In this document: positions 1 through 9,111 of the stretch, in pieces | Layout: each line of letters starts with the position of its first letter | How positions within the stretch are numbered: position 1 is the first letter of the stretch | Assembly (NCBI RefSeq): GCF_003313385.1 | Contig: NZ_QMHN01000002.1 | Location: 110,603-134,602, forward strand | Source of the DNA: Pedobacter chitinilyticus | Lineage (GTDB): Bacteria > Bacteroidota > Bacteroidia > Sphingobacteriales > Sphingobacteriaceae | DNA: 24,000 nt | Direction: 5' to 3' | Notes under the pieces: generated by a model | Databases searched by the model: none | What the model saw: only the letters and a program-made list of their open reading frames with translations | Told to the model about the DNA's origin: nothing | Translations under genes and position numbers: made by a program

Positions 1-420
1 GATACCTCTGATAAATATGGAGATGTCGTAGGAGATATCATAGAAGTATGCTCAGAGGAGCCCTATGAGCATTACCGTCAACTCGATGAAGTTGTGATCG
101 ATCCAAATCTCAATCGTATGGCCGAAGAATTTGTGGAGTTCAGCAGGGAGCTTTATGACCAATACCAGGATGAACAACTGACTAAAGAAGATATCGATGA
201 ACGGATAGCCTATCACATGGACCGTAGGTTTGTCAAGTATTCCAATACCCACGTCGTAAATATCGCTCCAGGCATCACACTACATGGATGGGGCATGATA
301 AGGCAGTATCCCCTGTTACATAAACATGACGATCCGGAAAATTACGTCAAAATCTATTGGAAGGATAGGTTTGTCTCTGATCAAATCCTTGATGAATATG
401 AAGACACCTTCTCTCTTTGA
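1..420 (+). CDS. Hypothetical protein, 5'-truncated by the window edge
   Basis: Frame 1 is open from nt 1 (DTSDKYGDVVGDIIEV...) through the listed Met at 94 to the TGA at 418-420. No motif recognised. Convergent with the SIR2 gene across a 27-nt gap. Confidence 0.4.
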   Translation, partial: DTSDKYGDVVGDIIEVCSEEPYEHYRQLDEVVIDPNLNRMAEEFVEFSRELYDQYQDEQLTKEDIDERIAYHMDRRFVKYSNTHVVNIAPGITLHGWGMIRQYPLLHKHDDPENYVKIYWKDRFVSDQILDEYEDTFSL

Positions 421-447
421 GGACGTAAGGTCAATCTGATAACCATT

Positions 448-3400
448 CTAATGAAAGTCATCTCTATCGCGCCCATCATTTAAGAATTTCTGGGATAAGC
501 CATATCTGATGTTATTGAATTTGCTTTCCTGCTTCATCGAAAGGAAATAGTTGATGTTTTCATCCGTTTCTCCCCAACGTTCCAGAACGAATGAGATCAT
601 GATAAGGTGCTCATAGACAAATGGAAGTTCCACTTCCGCCGGCATTGTCACACGATAGCGCTTTATTATCTCCAAGAGGTAAGGCGTAAACCTTCTCAGA
701 TATTTTTCGTTGAACTTGTTATAGAAAAAATAGGCAATATATTTCAGACAGGATTCCAGACATGGCTCAGATTGCAACAATAGTTTATTCAGAAGTGCAA
801 TAATATGCATTTCATAGGCCGTGCGCTCATTGCGATAGTACAATAGACTCATCAACTCATTTACAGCGCCCAATACGTTATTATGCTCCCTGCTGGTTAG
901 TCCTTCCAAAAGGTCATTATAGCTCCTCTGTTGGATATGGTGACGATCTATAAGATCAACAGTTTCATCATAACCAGGAAGTGTGTGCAACACCTGCTTC
1001 TCGTCTCTGAGAAAATCACGCATCTCTTCCAGAATGAAGGCGAACAGGTTTTCAATCATCGAAGCGCCCTGACGGACTTGCATCCACTCATTGATCTTTG
1101 CGGTGGTCTCCCGCAATTTTTGATAGATGACCGCAATTTCGGCGGGACTCCATTGAAGCCCTGTTACGGTATGGTTTTCTTCGCGGAGAGCCGTTAAGGA
1201 AATAAATTCCGAATTACCGGAAACCCCAGTGCTGTCTGGCCTGAATCCCGCATTCCAGAGGTCGCTGCTCTTAAGAATGGCATCCTTGATTTGTTGCAAA
1301 GCTCTCTCCCGTTTAAACGCACCGTCGGGTATCTTTTGGATCAGCTCATCCGTACCGATGAAGTGCAAAAATATTCGCCAGGATCTCGGATTGCTTACCT
1401 TTGAATAGTCCATATCCATCACCACGTTGCTGATTGCCAGATTCTCACCTTCAGTAAGAAGCTCCGACATGTTGCCTAACGCAAAGATCAGATTGGGTTG
1501 TTCATTTAACCTGTCGATAATAGGGAAAAAGCCCTTTACAAGTAACTTCCTAATTTCGGCTGATTTATGTTTAAGGGCATGGTTATTGGCCAATGCGTAA
1601 AGATAGTCACTCACAAGATCAGAAGGCACTTCCGATTTTTCAATGGCGTTCAAGCACGTATCGACCACTATGGCCAAAATTTTGGGAGCCTGAACATATC
1701 TGAGCGCTTTTTCCAGGAAATCGTCGCTTCTGTCGAATCTTGGTACAAATAATTTTCCATTTTTCTCCGCGTCTTTCCAATACTGTTTAAAAAATGGTTC
1801 CCAGAGCGATGGACTAACGGCAAGTACCAGCTCCGAAAGAAAAATCGGAATGCTTTTGAGATATTTTCTGGGAACATGTTTATCTGAATAGGCATGGGTC
1901 GTACTGCTTGCTATCCTTTCCAGCTCTTCGTTGGTAATATGTTCATTGTAGATATAGTCCTGGGCCAATCTTTTTAACATTTTCTCATCGCTATACTGTA
2001 GTGCATAAAAAAGCGTAGGAAAAGGATAATAAGAAAAAGATCTGCTTGCGACCAGATAAAAATCATCGCTACTAAGCCAAGCGGTGTAATTACCAACAGC
2101 AGGAAAACCGCTCTGCATAAGGAGACCTAATACCTGAAAGCTAAGTCCGTGGTCAGAATTATTGGTAAGGGTGATAGAACGGTTGAAACTTGCTTTACCA
2201 CTACCATATGGAACAATTTTTTTCCTTGCCCTTTTCAGCTGATCAATCAGAAGCGTTACATGTTGGTTTAACTCATGTAATCCCTTGGCCTTTAACTGAC
2301 GCCTTTCTTCTAGCTGCGCTCGGTCATCTCCATACCGTTCCCGAAGTCCCGAAAGGAGTTCAAGTTTATAAAGATGTTCCTGAAGATTTCTTTGAGTCTC
2401 TTCTTTTAGCACTCCCCTGGCCCGCTGCTGATCAATCAAGCTTAAAAGCCCGGCTTTATTGATTAGCCAATGACCATTGGCGCGCCAAATGGCCAACGAC
2501 CTGTTCATGCTGCTAAAATTCAGATTTATGGCATCCTTAAGCGCTACGAGATACGACAGTTCTTGCTGGATTTTTCCATTTTTGGCCACCTCCAAAACTT
2601 TGATAATACTAACAGCCCGGTCATTTTCCAGCTTCCAGATTGAATCTCGGAGATCTTCCAAAAGAAATCCAAAGTGAGCATCTCTTCCAGCTTTCTCCCC
2701 CATCCCCATTAGAAATGCAAATTCGTTCGTAGTTTTATCAAAGATCGAGGAATGCGGATAATACTGTGATCTGATCAGCTGCAATATGCCAAATAGTTCA
2801 GCTGAAGGTATCTTGGTTTTCCGGTCCCGAACATAACGAACATAGTTTTGCAGAAAATCCGCACGCACAGCATCATAGTTAAAGTGTGGTGAGGGGAGTC
2901 TGTTAAATTCTGCCAGTTCTCCGATATCAATTAGTCTTCGGCTAAAACTTTTTTCATTCGGTATTTTACGATCCATGCTTCGAATTGGCAGCTCTTTACA
3001 CAGGTTTTCATATTGGCTCCTTTTGTAAAGTTCCACAGCCGCCACTGCTCTGGCCTGCGACGCGGTTTTCCTCAAATAATCAAAAAATAGAGAAAACACC
3101 GCCTTAATGTGTAGTGCCTTCTGCGCTTTGCTCATCGTATCAAAATCCGCCGACGGATCGATATCTCCCCCGACTTCCCTTTTTAAAAAAGCAACACAAT
3201 CAGGATGGAGAATCGGGATGAAGGCAATTTGATGGTTCTCATGGAAGATTGCAGTAGCGGCATCTGCCGGCTTGTTTGATGTGCCGATCAGATAAATCTT
3301 TTTCATGCCGCCCTTATCATCGTGCTCAAGTGGTTTTTTGAAAATAATATCACGCACCCATCCAATCCACGCCAGAAAGTTCGGATCGGTACCTGAAAAA

Positions 3401-4470
3401 CCGACCAGGCAAAAAGCTTCACGAAGCAGAGAAATCCTCATAAGCTGGGTGAAAGCCTCGTGTTTAGTCGGATAGGTATCATAGTCCTCCTGACAGATAA
3501 CATAATGTTTTCTTGGATCAGTATCGAACCCAAACTTATCTTCAGGGCTTAGCCTTAAAGATCCATGTAATTTAATAATGTTTCCATTACGTTTAAGGGC
3601 CAGCTCCGCCGAATGCCGTACGAGATTTGCGCAGTCCCGTAACTGCTCTTCCACCTTGTTAAGAAGCTCCTTATGTCGATCTAATTCTGACTTCTTCCAA
3701 TATAACTCCCCATTTACCTGTCCCTGTGGAGCACGCTGCTCCGCCAAGCTCCTTTCATGCTGATCCCACTCCTCTTTTTCAGCATCACTTAGCACATATG
3801 AAAGATTTCGGATCTTATACCCCTCAACCTTCTTTTCCAGATCGGTGATCAGGTCATCTATATCCTTCTTTTTTTGGCCGAGCTCCTCAAGTTCCTTCTC
3901 GAGTGCATCCATGATCTCCCTTGTCATTTTTTTTTGTTCCGTCAGAGATCTTTCCAAGTCTTGATCGGTACAGGATTCCAAAAGATTGTCATAATTGGTC
4001 GTGAAGATGTTGTTCCATGGCAACCTGACCAACTTTTTATGCAGCTCCAGATCTTTATCAGTGAGGACTCGCTTTTTAGGTACACCGTCAAGATCATAAC
4101 AGAGATTATGCTCCTTATCAACAAACGGTGTTACCTGCTCGATGTAGTGTTCCAGTGCTTCCCTGTAGCCCATACGGTCTCTGTACAGGCTGGGCACCTT
4201 AAGGTAGCCTACTTCATCAATAAATTCATTGTACCTGTTTTCGAGGTAAGCTTTCTTTTTGCTTGCGGGTAGCTTGGTCTTTTTGAAATCCTCCTCAAAT
4301 TGTTTGCCTTTGATCTTGTCTACCATCCGATAGAGCAATTGTCCCCAACTGGGAAAGGCCGGATCAACATTCTTACTAAAGCCTGCCCCTACCAATATGG
4401 AAAGGTCTTGGCCGCTGAGATTTTTCTGAAGCTTTTCCAGATGGTGAACATAAGGTGTGTTAGAGCTCAT
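448..4470 (-). CDS. Giant SIR2-domain protein (SIR2_2 / defence-associated sirtuin-like) with a ~960-aa helical C-terminal region of unknown function
   Basis: A 1340-aa ORF. The N-terminus carries the SIR2_2 hallmark motifs in order: ILVGAGFS (aa 25-32), FPSWGQLL, IFTTNYDNLLE (aa 155-165), IIKLHGSL (aa 298-305) and CLVGFSGTDPNF (aa 354-365). The same motif set is seen in ThsA and DSR-type NADases. The C-terminal part has no motif I recognise. Confidence 0.8.
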   Translation of the reverse strand: MSSNTPYVHHLEKLQKNLSGQDLSILVGAGFSKNVDPAFPSWGQLLYRMVDKIKGKQFEEDFKKTKLPASKKKAYLENRYNEFIDEVGYLKVPSLYRDRMGYREALEHYIEQVTPFVDKEHNLCYDLDGVPKKRVLTDKDLELHKKLVRLPWNNIFTTNYDNLLESCTDQDLERSLTEQKKMTREIMDALEKELEELGQKKKDIDDLITDLEKKVEGYKIRNLSYVLSDAEKEEWDQHERSLAEQRAPQGQVNGELYWKKSELDRHKELLNKVEEQLRDCANLVRHSAELALKRNGNIIKLHGSLRLSPEDKFGFDTDPRKHYVICQEDYDTYPTKHEAFTQLMRISLLREAFCLVGFSGTDPNFLAWIGWVRDIIFKKPLEHDDKGGMKKIYLIGTSNKPADAATAIFHENHQIAFIPILHPDCVAFLKREVGGDIDPSADFDTMSKAQKALHIKAVFSLFFDYLRKTASQARAVAAVELYKRSQYENLCKELPIRSMDRKIPNEKSFSRRLIDIGELAEFNRLPSPHFNYDAVRADFLQNYVRYVRDRKTKIPSAELFGILQLIRSQYYPHSSIFDKTTNEFAFLMGMGEKAGRDAHFGFLLEDLRDSIWKLENDRAVSIIKVLEVAKNGKIQQELSYLVALKDAINLNFSSMNRSLAIWRANGHWLINKAGLLSLIDQQRARGVLKEETQRNLQEHLYKLELLSGLRERYGDDRAQLEERRQLKAKGLHELNQHVTLLIDQLKRARKKIVPYGSGKASFNRSITLTNNSDHGLSFQVLGLLMQSGFPAVGNYTAWLSSDDFYLVASRSFSYYPFPTLFYALQYSDEKMLKRLAQDYIYNEHITNEELERIASSTTHAYSDKHVPRKYLKSIPIFLSELVLAVSPSLWEPFFKQYWKDAEKNGKLFVPRFDRSDDFLEKALRYVQAPKILAIVVDTCLNAIEKSEVPSDLVSDYLYALANNHALKHKSAEIRKLLVKGFFPIIDRLNEQPNLIFALGNMSELLTEGENLAISNVVMDMDYSKVSNPRSWRIFLHFIGTDELIQKIPDGAFKRERALQQIKDAILKSSDLWNAGFRPDSTGVSGNSEFISLTALREENHTVTGLQWSPAEIAVIYQKLRETTAKINEWMQVRQGASMIENLFAFILEEMRDFLRDEKQVLHTLPGYDETVDLIDRHHIQQRSYNDLLEGLTSREHNNVLGAVNELMSLLYYRNERTAYEMHIIALLNKLLLQSEPCLESCLKYIAYFFYNKFNEKYLRRFTPYLLEIIKRYRVTMPAEVELPFVYEHLIMISFVLERWGETDENINYFLSMKQESKFNNIRYGLSQKFLNDGRDRDDFH

Positions 4471-4602
4471 TTAGTGTGGGCGTAAAAGGTTATTTGGCCT
4501 TTAAAATTATCCATTTACTTTTTGCAATCCAAATTACATTCCCTATAGGGTAACGAGACTTTGATACCCTTCGGTTTCATTTAATAAAAGTATCTTTACT
4601 TC

Positions 4603-4848
4603 ATGAAGTCAAACTTTACATTAACTGTAGCGGAACATCAGCTCGACCTTATTTCAATGAATGCAGGATGTCCTAAACTATTCCAGATTTTTGTCAATGT
4701 CGAAGGACAAAGGAAACGCTTCCATTTACAAGGTGATGGAGCAACCTATCTTTCATTTGCCAATCCAGAGGATTGTCCCCCATTTCTTTTGGCTCTCGAA
4801 AAGGACATTGCCAACATGATATTCGACCAATACAGAAAAATTAGTTAA
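4603..4848 (+). CDS. Small hypothetical protein (81 aa), first gene of the KAP NTPase operon
   Basis: The ORF has balanced, protein-like composition. It ends 19 nt before the KAP NTPase start on the same strand. No recognisable motif. Confidence 0.45.
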   Translation: MKSNFTLTVAEHQLDLISMNAGCPKLFQIFVNVEGQRKRFHLQGDGATYLSFANPEDCPPFLLALEKDIANMIFDQYRKIS

Positions 4849-4867
4849 CTCCATACAACAGCTGAGC

Positions 4868-7027
4868 ATGCAGACAGATAAAGCAATCACAAACCACACG
4901 GAGGACAAACTGAATAGAGAGATGTTTGTCAACGCATTGGCCCAGGAAATCCTCGCAATCCAGAATCGAGATTGTACAGTGATCGGTCTATATGGTAAAT
5001 GGGGGGCGGGAAAGACCAGCATTATCGGATTATTGGAACAGCTTCTGCATGAGAAGTATTATTTCACTGCCTATTTTAATCCTTGGAGATACAAATCCGA
5101 GGATATTATCCTTAGGGAACTGTTCATGAAGATAATAGAAGGCGCACGCAGCGATCGCAAGCTAGAAAGCAAATGGGAGAAACTGGGCGTGCTATTCTCA
5201 GAGTACGGTCAGTTTATTTCTCTGCCTTCTGCAAATATCAAAGGTATAAAAGTAGATTTTTCCAAGCCATTGCAAGGGCTGGTTACAGGCTTAGGAAGAT
5301 TATTTAAGGGAAAATCAACAATAGATGATAAGAAGGCCGCCATCAACGAGATTCTTGACCAACTTGCGGTGCCTCTGGTGATCTTCATCGATGATGTCGA
5401 CAGGCTTGATGTAGCTGAAATCCGTTCGCTATTTAAGCTGGTCAAACTGACCGCAGACTTTAATAAGCTAATCTATATCATTGCCTTTGATGAGGATATA
5501 GTAGCAAAAGCCTTGGCACAGAACTATGGCACCGGTGAACCTGGCGACGGCAAGGCCTTCCTGGAAAAGATAGTCCAACTGCCATTGAGGATTCCAACTG
5601 TACCCAATAAGGAACGATTTACATACACCATAAATCTTCTTAACGAATGGGCCCAATCACAAGCTTTCGAGTTTCCCGAAAAATATCAAGCGTTATTCGT
5701 CAAACATTTCAAAGATCTTCATGACAACTTTATCAAGACACCCAGGGATTCCAAACGCCTATTGAATGCCGTCTCCTTTTCCTATCAATGTCTAAGGGAT
5801 GAAGTAAATGTTTACGATATCGTTCTGCTAGAAACAATACGCATATTTCTTCCCGCGGTTTTTGACGAGCTTTTAGCGGTACAAAGCGAGCTTTTCAAGT
5901 TGCAAACGGGGGAGAACGGCTACACGATAAACAATAAAAAAAGCGATGCAGGCGTTGCTTTTGAAAAGCGTATAAACATGTATGCGCACACCCTTCCACT
6001 TATAGCTGATGTAACGGATTATCTCTTTCCCTTCAACAATCTCTTTAATCTCGGCTTTAATAGTAACAGAAGCGAAAAGATTGCAGATCTTTTCGCCCAC
6101 CAACGGGTCGCCATCCGAAGGTATTTTGACCGTTTTACCGAGTTTAAGATTGCAGGGGAAGACATTTCTGACCTAGAGTTCAAAGGTATTCTTTCCAGGT
6201 TCAACACTTTACCCTATTCGGAACTTACTGATGAAATACAACGGCTTTGCATGTTCCCTAAAAATGACATCTACCGACTGTTCCATTATTTCAGAAGTCA
6301 ATTGGAAGAGACAGGTAAGATAAACGTTGCAACCATGCTGTGTACGAAAGAACATTTCTACTTCGACAACTCATTTGAATCAAGATTTTTCAGGATGATA
6401 GACTTATCGCTAGAGCTTTTAGCCGGAGTTGGCCAAATGAAACGTATCGAGAGCCTAAGACAGATTATATTCACCTGTCCAAGCATCCATCATTCACTGT
6501 CCATCATCTATGACGCACAATATGTAAGTGATAGGCAAAGAGATGCTAAATTTCATCCAATTGAAGCACTAAAGGATATCACAAAAGAGTACATTTTCAA
6601 GATACAACGGTTGCCCTTAGCTGATTATTTTAAAAATGTCGATGATGAAAAATGTGATATCCTCTGCCATCTGATTGACCAGTACGGTGACGCAGAAAAA
6701 TTCAGGACGGAACTGATCAACTTTTTAGATCAAAAACCTGAAAACGTCATGCTGTTCATAAAATCGATGTTGCCCATGAGCTATATCAATATGTCTCCGA
6801 TTGGCCAGTATAGCAACCGCATAGATTATGACAAGTTCCGCACCATTGAACAATATGTCCGAAGGGAGGTACTTATTGAAAAATGTCTAATTGTGTACCC
6901 CGATGCATACCAAAAAATAGATATTAACCCAGATGAACGCCAAAGCATGGAAATTGATCATAAGATCATTATTCAATACCTGCTGTTTGCACGGTCTGAA
7001 CAGGCGACAGAGATGTCGGATGGTTGA
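4868..7027 (+). CDS. KAP-family P-loop NTPase
   Basis: Walker A GLYGKWGAGKTS (aa 40-51, nt 4985-5020), the KAP-typical FNPWRY just after it, and Walker B VIFIDDVDRL (aa 171-180, nt 5378-5407). A long helical C-terminal region follows. No obvious transmembrane insert lies between Walker A and B. Confidence 0.8.
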   Translation: MQTDKAITNHTEDKLNREMFVNALAQEILAIQNRDCTVIGLYGKWGAGKTSIIGLLEQLLHEKYYFTAYFNPWRYKSEDIILRELFMKIIEGARSDRKLESKWEKLGVLFSEYGQFISLPSANIKGIKVDFSKPLQGLVTGLGRLFKGKSTIDDKKAAINEILDQLAVPLVIFIDDVDRLDVAEIRSLFKLVKLTADFNKLIYIIAFDEDIVAKALAQNYGTGEPGDGKAFLEKIVQLPLRIPTVPNKERFTYTINLLNEWAQSQAFEFPEKYQALFVKHFKDLHDNFIKTPRDSKRLLNAVSFSYQCLRDEVNVYDIVLLETIRIFLPAVFDELLAVQSELFKLQTGENGYTINNKKSDAGVAFEKRINMYAHTLPLIADVTDYLFPFNNLFNLGFNSNRSEKIADLFAHQRVAIRRYFDRFTEFKIAGEDISDLEFKGILSRFNTLPYSELTDEIQRLCMFPKNDIYRLFHYFRSQLEETGKINVATMLCTKEHFYFDNSFESRFFRMIDLSLELLAGVGQMKRIESLRQIIFTCPSIHHSLSIIYDAQYVSDRQRDAKFHPIEALKDITKEYIFKIQRLPLADYFKNVDDEKCDILCHLIDQYGDAEKFRTELINFLDQKPENVMLFIKSMLPMSYINMSPIGQYSNRIDYDKFRTIEQYVRREVLIEKCLIVYPDAYQKIDINPDERQSMEIDHKIIIQYLLFARSEQATEMSDG

Positions 7028-7121
7028 AATGATGCACTCAATTTTCTATCTGTTTGAAATTACAATTATCACCTATCACACCTGAATAGTCTATCATTTT
7101 AATCCCTCACAAAAGACTTAC

Positions 7122-8558
7122 ATGGCCCTTCTAAAGACAAATCTTACACTAGGAAATCGATTTGTTATACTTGATGGCAACTACGATAAAGCGCAGCTAT
7201 CTTTTATAGCACCAGACCCTAAAGATCGCAGTAAACTTACTGTGGTTACTTATGACCACCCTGGAGAACCGATCATTACGCCTTTGGACAACTTCAGTTC
7301 GGATTACTTTCCAGACCTATTACACCCTAGAATAATCCTGACCAGAAGACAATCAGAATTACGTTCGATATTTATCAAGATCCAGCATGAACTTGCGCAA
7401 ACCCTATATGGTTCCAGTAACCGTCGGCTTACACTTAACCAAACCCTGAAGAAACTGGTTAGCCTGGGCTGCGCGGACAATTCCGAAGCCGAGGCCATGC
7501 TAATGCTCTATCTGGCAAGGGGGCTTTTCACATTTACCAAACTAAAGAAAGAGGGCTACATTTCGTTAAACAAGAACCTGCAAGGCATGGAGGACATGAA
7601 GCGGTTCCTGCATAGCATTACCGACGAGCTTATTTCAAAAAGCGACCGTATCGAGCTATTGGTCAAGCACAACGTTTCAAAGGGCAATTACAGGGAAATG
7701 CTCCTGCGCTCTGTTCTGCAGAAATATGTTCCTAAAAAATATGAAGTAGTTACCGGTTTCATCGAAGGCTGCCATCGCCAGTGTGATATCATCATCTACG
7801 ATTCGCACAATTTCTCCCCCTATTTCCGTGAAGGCGATCTTGTTGTAGTTCCACATCAATCAGTGCGTGCGGTCATCGAAGTGAAGACGACCTTGGATGC
7901 CGGTGCGCTTGAGGAGGCGCTAGACCTATTATCGGACATCTCAAGGAATTATAATGATCCTGCTCCTTTCTTTAGGGCAGTCTTTGCCTTCAAAAAGGGT
8001 AATTATAAAACAGACGAAGCCTTGGCAACGGCGGTCAAGAAGTTCTACCACCGTAAGGATGCCAAAAGCGGAAAAGACAATACGATCCATGCTCTTTTCG
8101 AAACGATCAATACCTTCTGCGTGATGGATGAACAATGCCTGGTAACCGATGTGGTCGATTATACTTTCAATGACCATTCGATAAGGCCCAGGATATATTC
8201 GGTGAGATCTTCGACGACCGATCTGAGAGTTTATTCGGCTGCATTCTTCAGGGAACTGTTTTCCTATCTGGATGTCGAAAAACGTGCTAAAAGAGTTACC
8301 AAGGATTATTTCTGGTGGCTCAACGGGGAAATGCTTTATTACCATATACTCGATCTTTACGACAGGAGTTGGAAACCCCTTACGCAATTCAAGAACGAGC
8401 ACGACTGGACCGAAGACGGCTTATGGCAACGGGTGTCCGATCTGTACAACTGGAAAGCTGGATTGGTCAGTGCACAGGATATGGAAGAAAAATATTTTGC
8501 TGAAATACTCCATCCCAGGGACCTGCAAAAGATTGCCAAAGGAGGATATCCATTTTAA
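7122..8558 (+). CDS. PD-(D/E)xK nuclease-like protein (DUF6602-like core) with N- and C-terminal extensions
   Basis: Core aa 186-262 reads SKGNYREMLLRSVLQKYVPKKYEVVTGFIEG..CDIIIYDSHNFSPYF..VVVPHQSVRAVIEVKTTLD. This gives a D...(D/E)xK arrangement (D222/D227, E253, K255) and matches my recollection of the DUF6602 pattern. Same strand as the KAP gene, 94 nt downstream. Confidence 0.6.
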   Translation: MALLKTNLTLGNRFVILDGNYDKAQLSFIAPDPKDRSKLTVVTYDHPGEPIITPLDNFSSDYFPDLLHPRIILTRRQSELRSIFIKIQHELAQTLYGSSNRRLTLNQTLKKLVSLGCADNSEAEAMLMLYLARGLFTFTKLKKEGYISLNKNLQGMEDMKRFLHSITDELISKSDRIELLVKHNVSKGNYREMLLRSVLQKYVPKKYEVVTGFIEGCHRQCDIIIYDSHNFSPYFREGDLVVVPHQSVRAVIEVKTTLDAGALEEALDLLSDISRNYNDPAPFFRAVFAFKKGNYKTDEALATAVKKFYHRKDAKSGKDNTIHALFETINTFCVMDEQCLVTDVVDYTFNDHSIRPRIYSVRSSTTDLRVYSAAFFRELFSYLDVEKRAKRVTKDYFWWLNGEMLYYHILDLYDRSWKPLTQFKNEHDWTEDGLWQRVSDLYNWKAGLVSAQDMEEKYFAEILHPRDLQKIAKGGYPF

Positions 8559-8559
8559 C

Positions 8560-9111
8560 AGTCCTCTGGCTGGAAAATACGCTATAAGCACCTTCCCTTT
8601 ACCCTATAGCGGACCTCCGATCCCCTTTCTCAGAGGTACCGTTACCAACTATTTGCGTTGACCTATGCCCGCTGCCACGCACGGGCCTGCCCCAGGCTAA
8701 GGCCATTGCGGCCAGCGGCTGATCTGCCCTTCCAAACAGACTATGCAAAGCTACGGACGGCCATTGTCCTCCGAAACTCTTCGGCGCAGTGCCTGCGCCT
8801 TGCCTTGCGGTTTCCCAAAAAAAATCTCCACCGACCGGTTCCGCCCTTTCCCGAAAGTTAGGGCGGCGGTCGGTCGTATTTTTTTCCGGAAAACTTTCTC
8901 CGGAAAATGACAGTCCGTTCCCGGGCAACGGTTTGAAAGGCCAGGCTAACGCCGCTTTTGAGCCCCACAATGACCGGGAGCCTAGTGGCCGAGTTCCCGC
9001 AGTGGTCCAAAGCGGGCAAATTGGCCACCTGAACAGCAAATAGCCTAGTAAGGGCCCGGCATCGGAGAAAGCGGGTTGGAAACCAACTGTCCGGCTACCT
9101 GAGTAAAAAGA
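8560..9111 (+). other. ORF-free, GC-rich, hairpin-dense non-coding region (3' UTR, terminator, then leader of the downstream operon)
   Basis: No protein-like ORF on either strand; the listed ORFs here are rich in G, R, P and W. Local hairpins: 8667-8686 (GCCCG/CGGGC), 8771-8784 (CCGAA/TTCGG), 8783-8799 (GGCGCAG/CTGCGCC), 8831-8873, 8886-8903 (CCGGA/TCCGG), 8915-8931 (CCGTT/AACGG), 8975-8999 (CGGGA/TCCCG), 9002-9028 (GTGG(T)CC/GGCCAC) and 9075-9087 (GTTGG/CCAAC). CCAGGCTAA occurs twice (8692-8700, 8941-8949) and TCCGGAAAA twice (8885-8893, 8899-8907). Confidence 0.4.
8817..8885. terminator. Putative bidirectional intrinsic terminator
   Basis: An A8 run (8817-8824) precedes a long GC-rich hairpin. 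CCGACC 8831-8836 pairs with GGTCGG 8868-8873, G8837 can pair with C8867, and CCGCCCT 8841-8847 pairs with AGGGCGG 8860-8866. A T7 run follows at 8879-8885. Confidence 0.55.

Noticed and set aside
4541-4550. Perfect 10-bp palindrome CCCTATAGGG in the divergent SIR2 / KAP-operon intergenic region, considered as a possible operator
   Set aside because: About twenty 10-bp perfect palindromes are expected by chance in a 24-kb window. No regulator gene is adjacent and no second copy of the site exists.
8599-9039. 146-aa minus-strand ORF, plus the plus-strand ORFs 8658..8861 and 8789..9043, inside the GC-rich spacer
   Set aside because: The translations are dominated by G, R, P, W and S with no motif or plausible fold. 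The ORFs overlap each other and a strong terminator hairpin. They are most simply explained as chance ORFs in GC-rich non-coding sequence.
9061-9080. GGAGAAAGCGGG, reminiscent of the RNase P RNA GAGGAAAGUCCGGGC conserved region
   Set aside because: It matches only partially. None of the other conserved RNase P regions or helices are present nearby.
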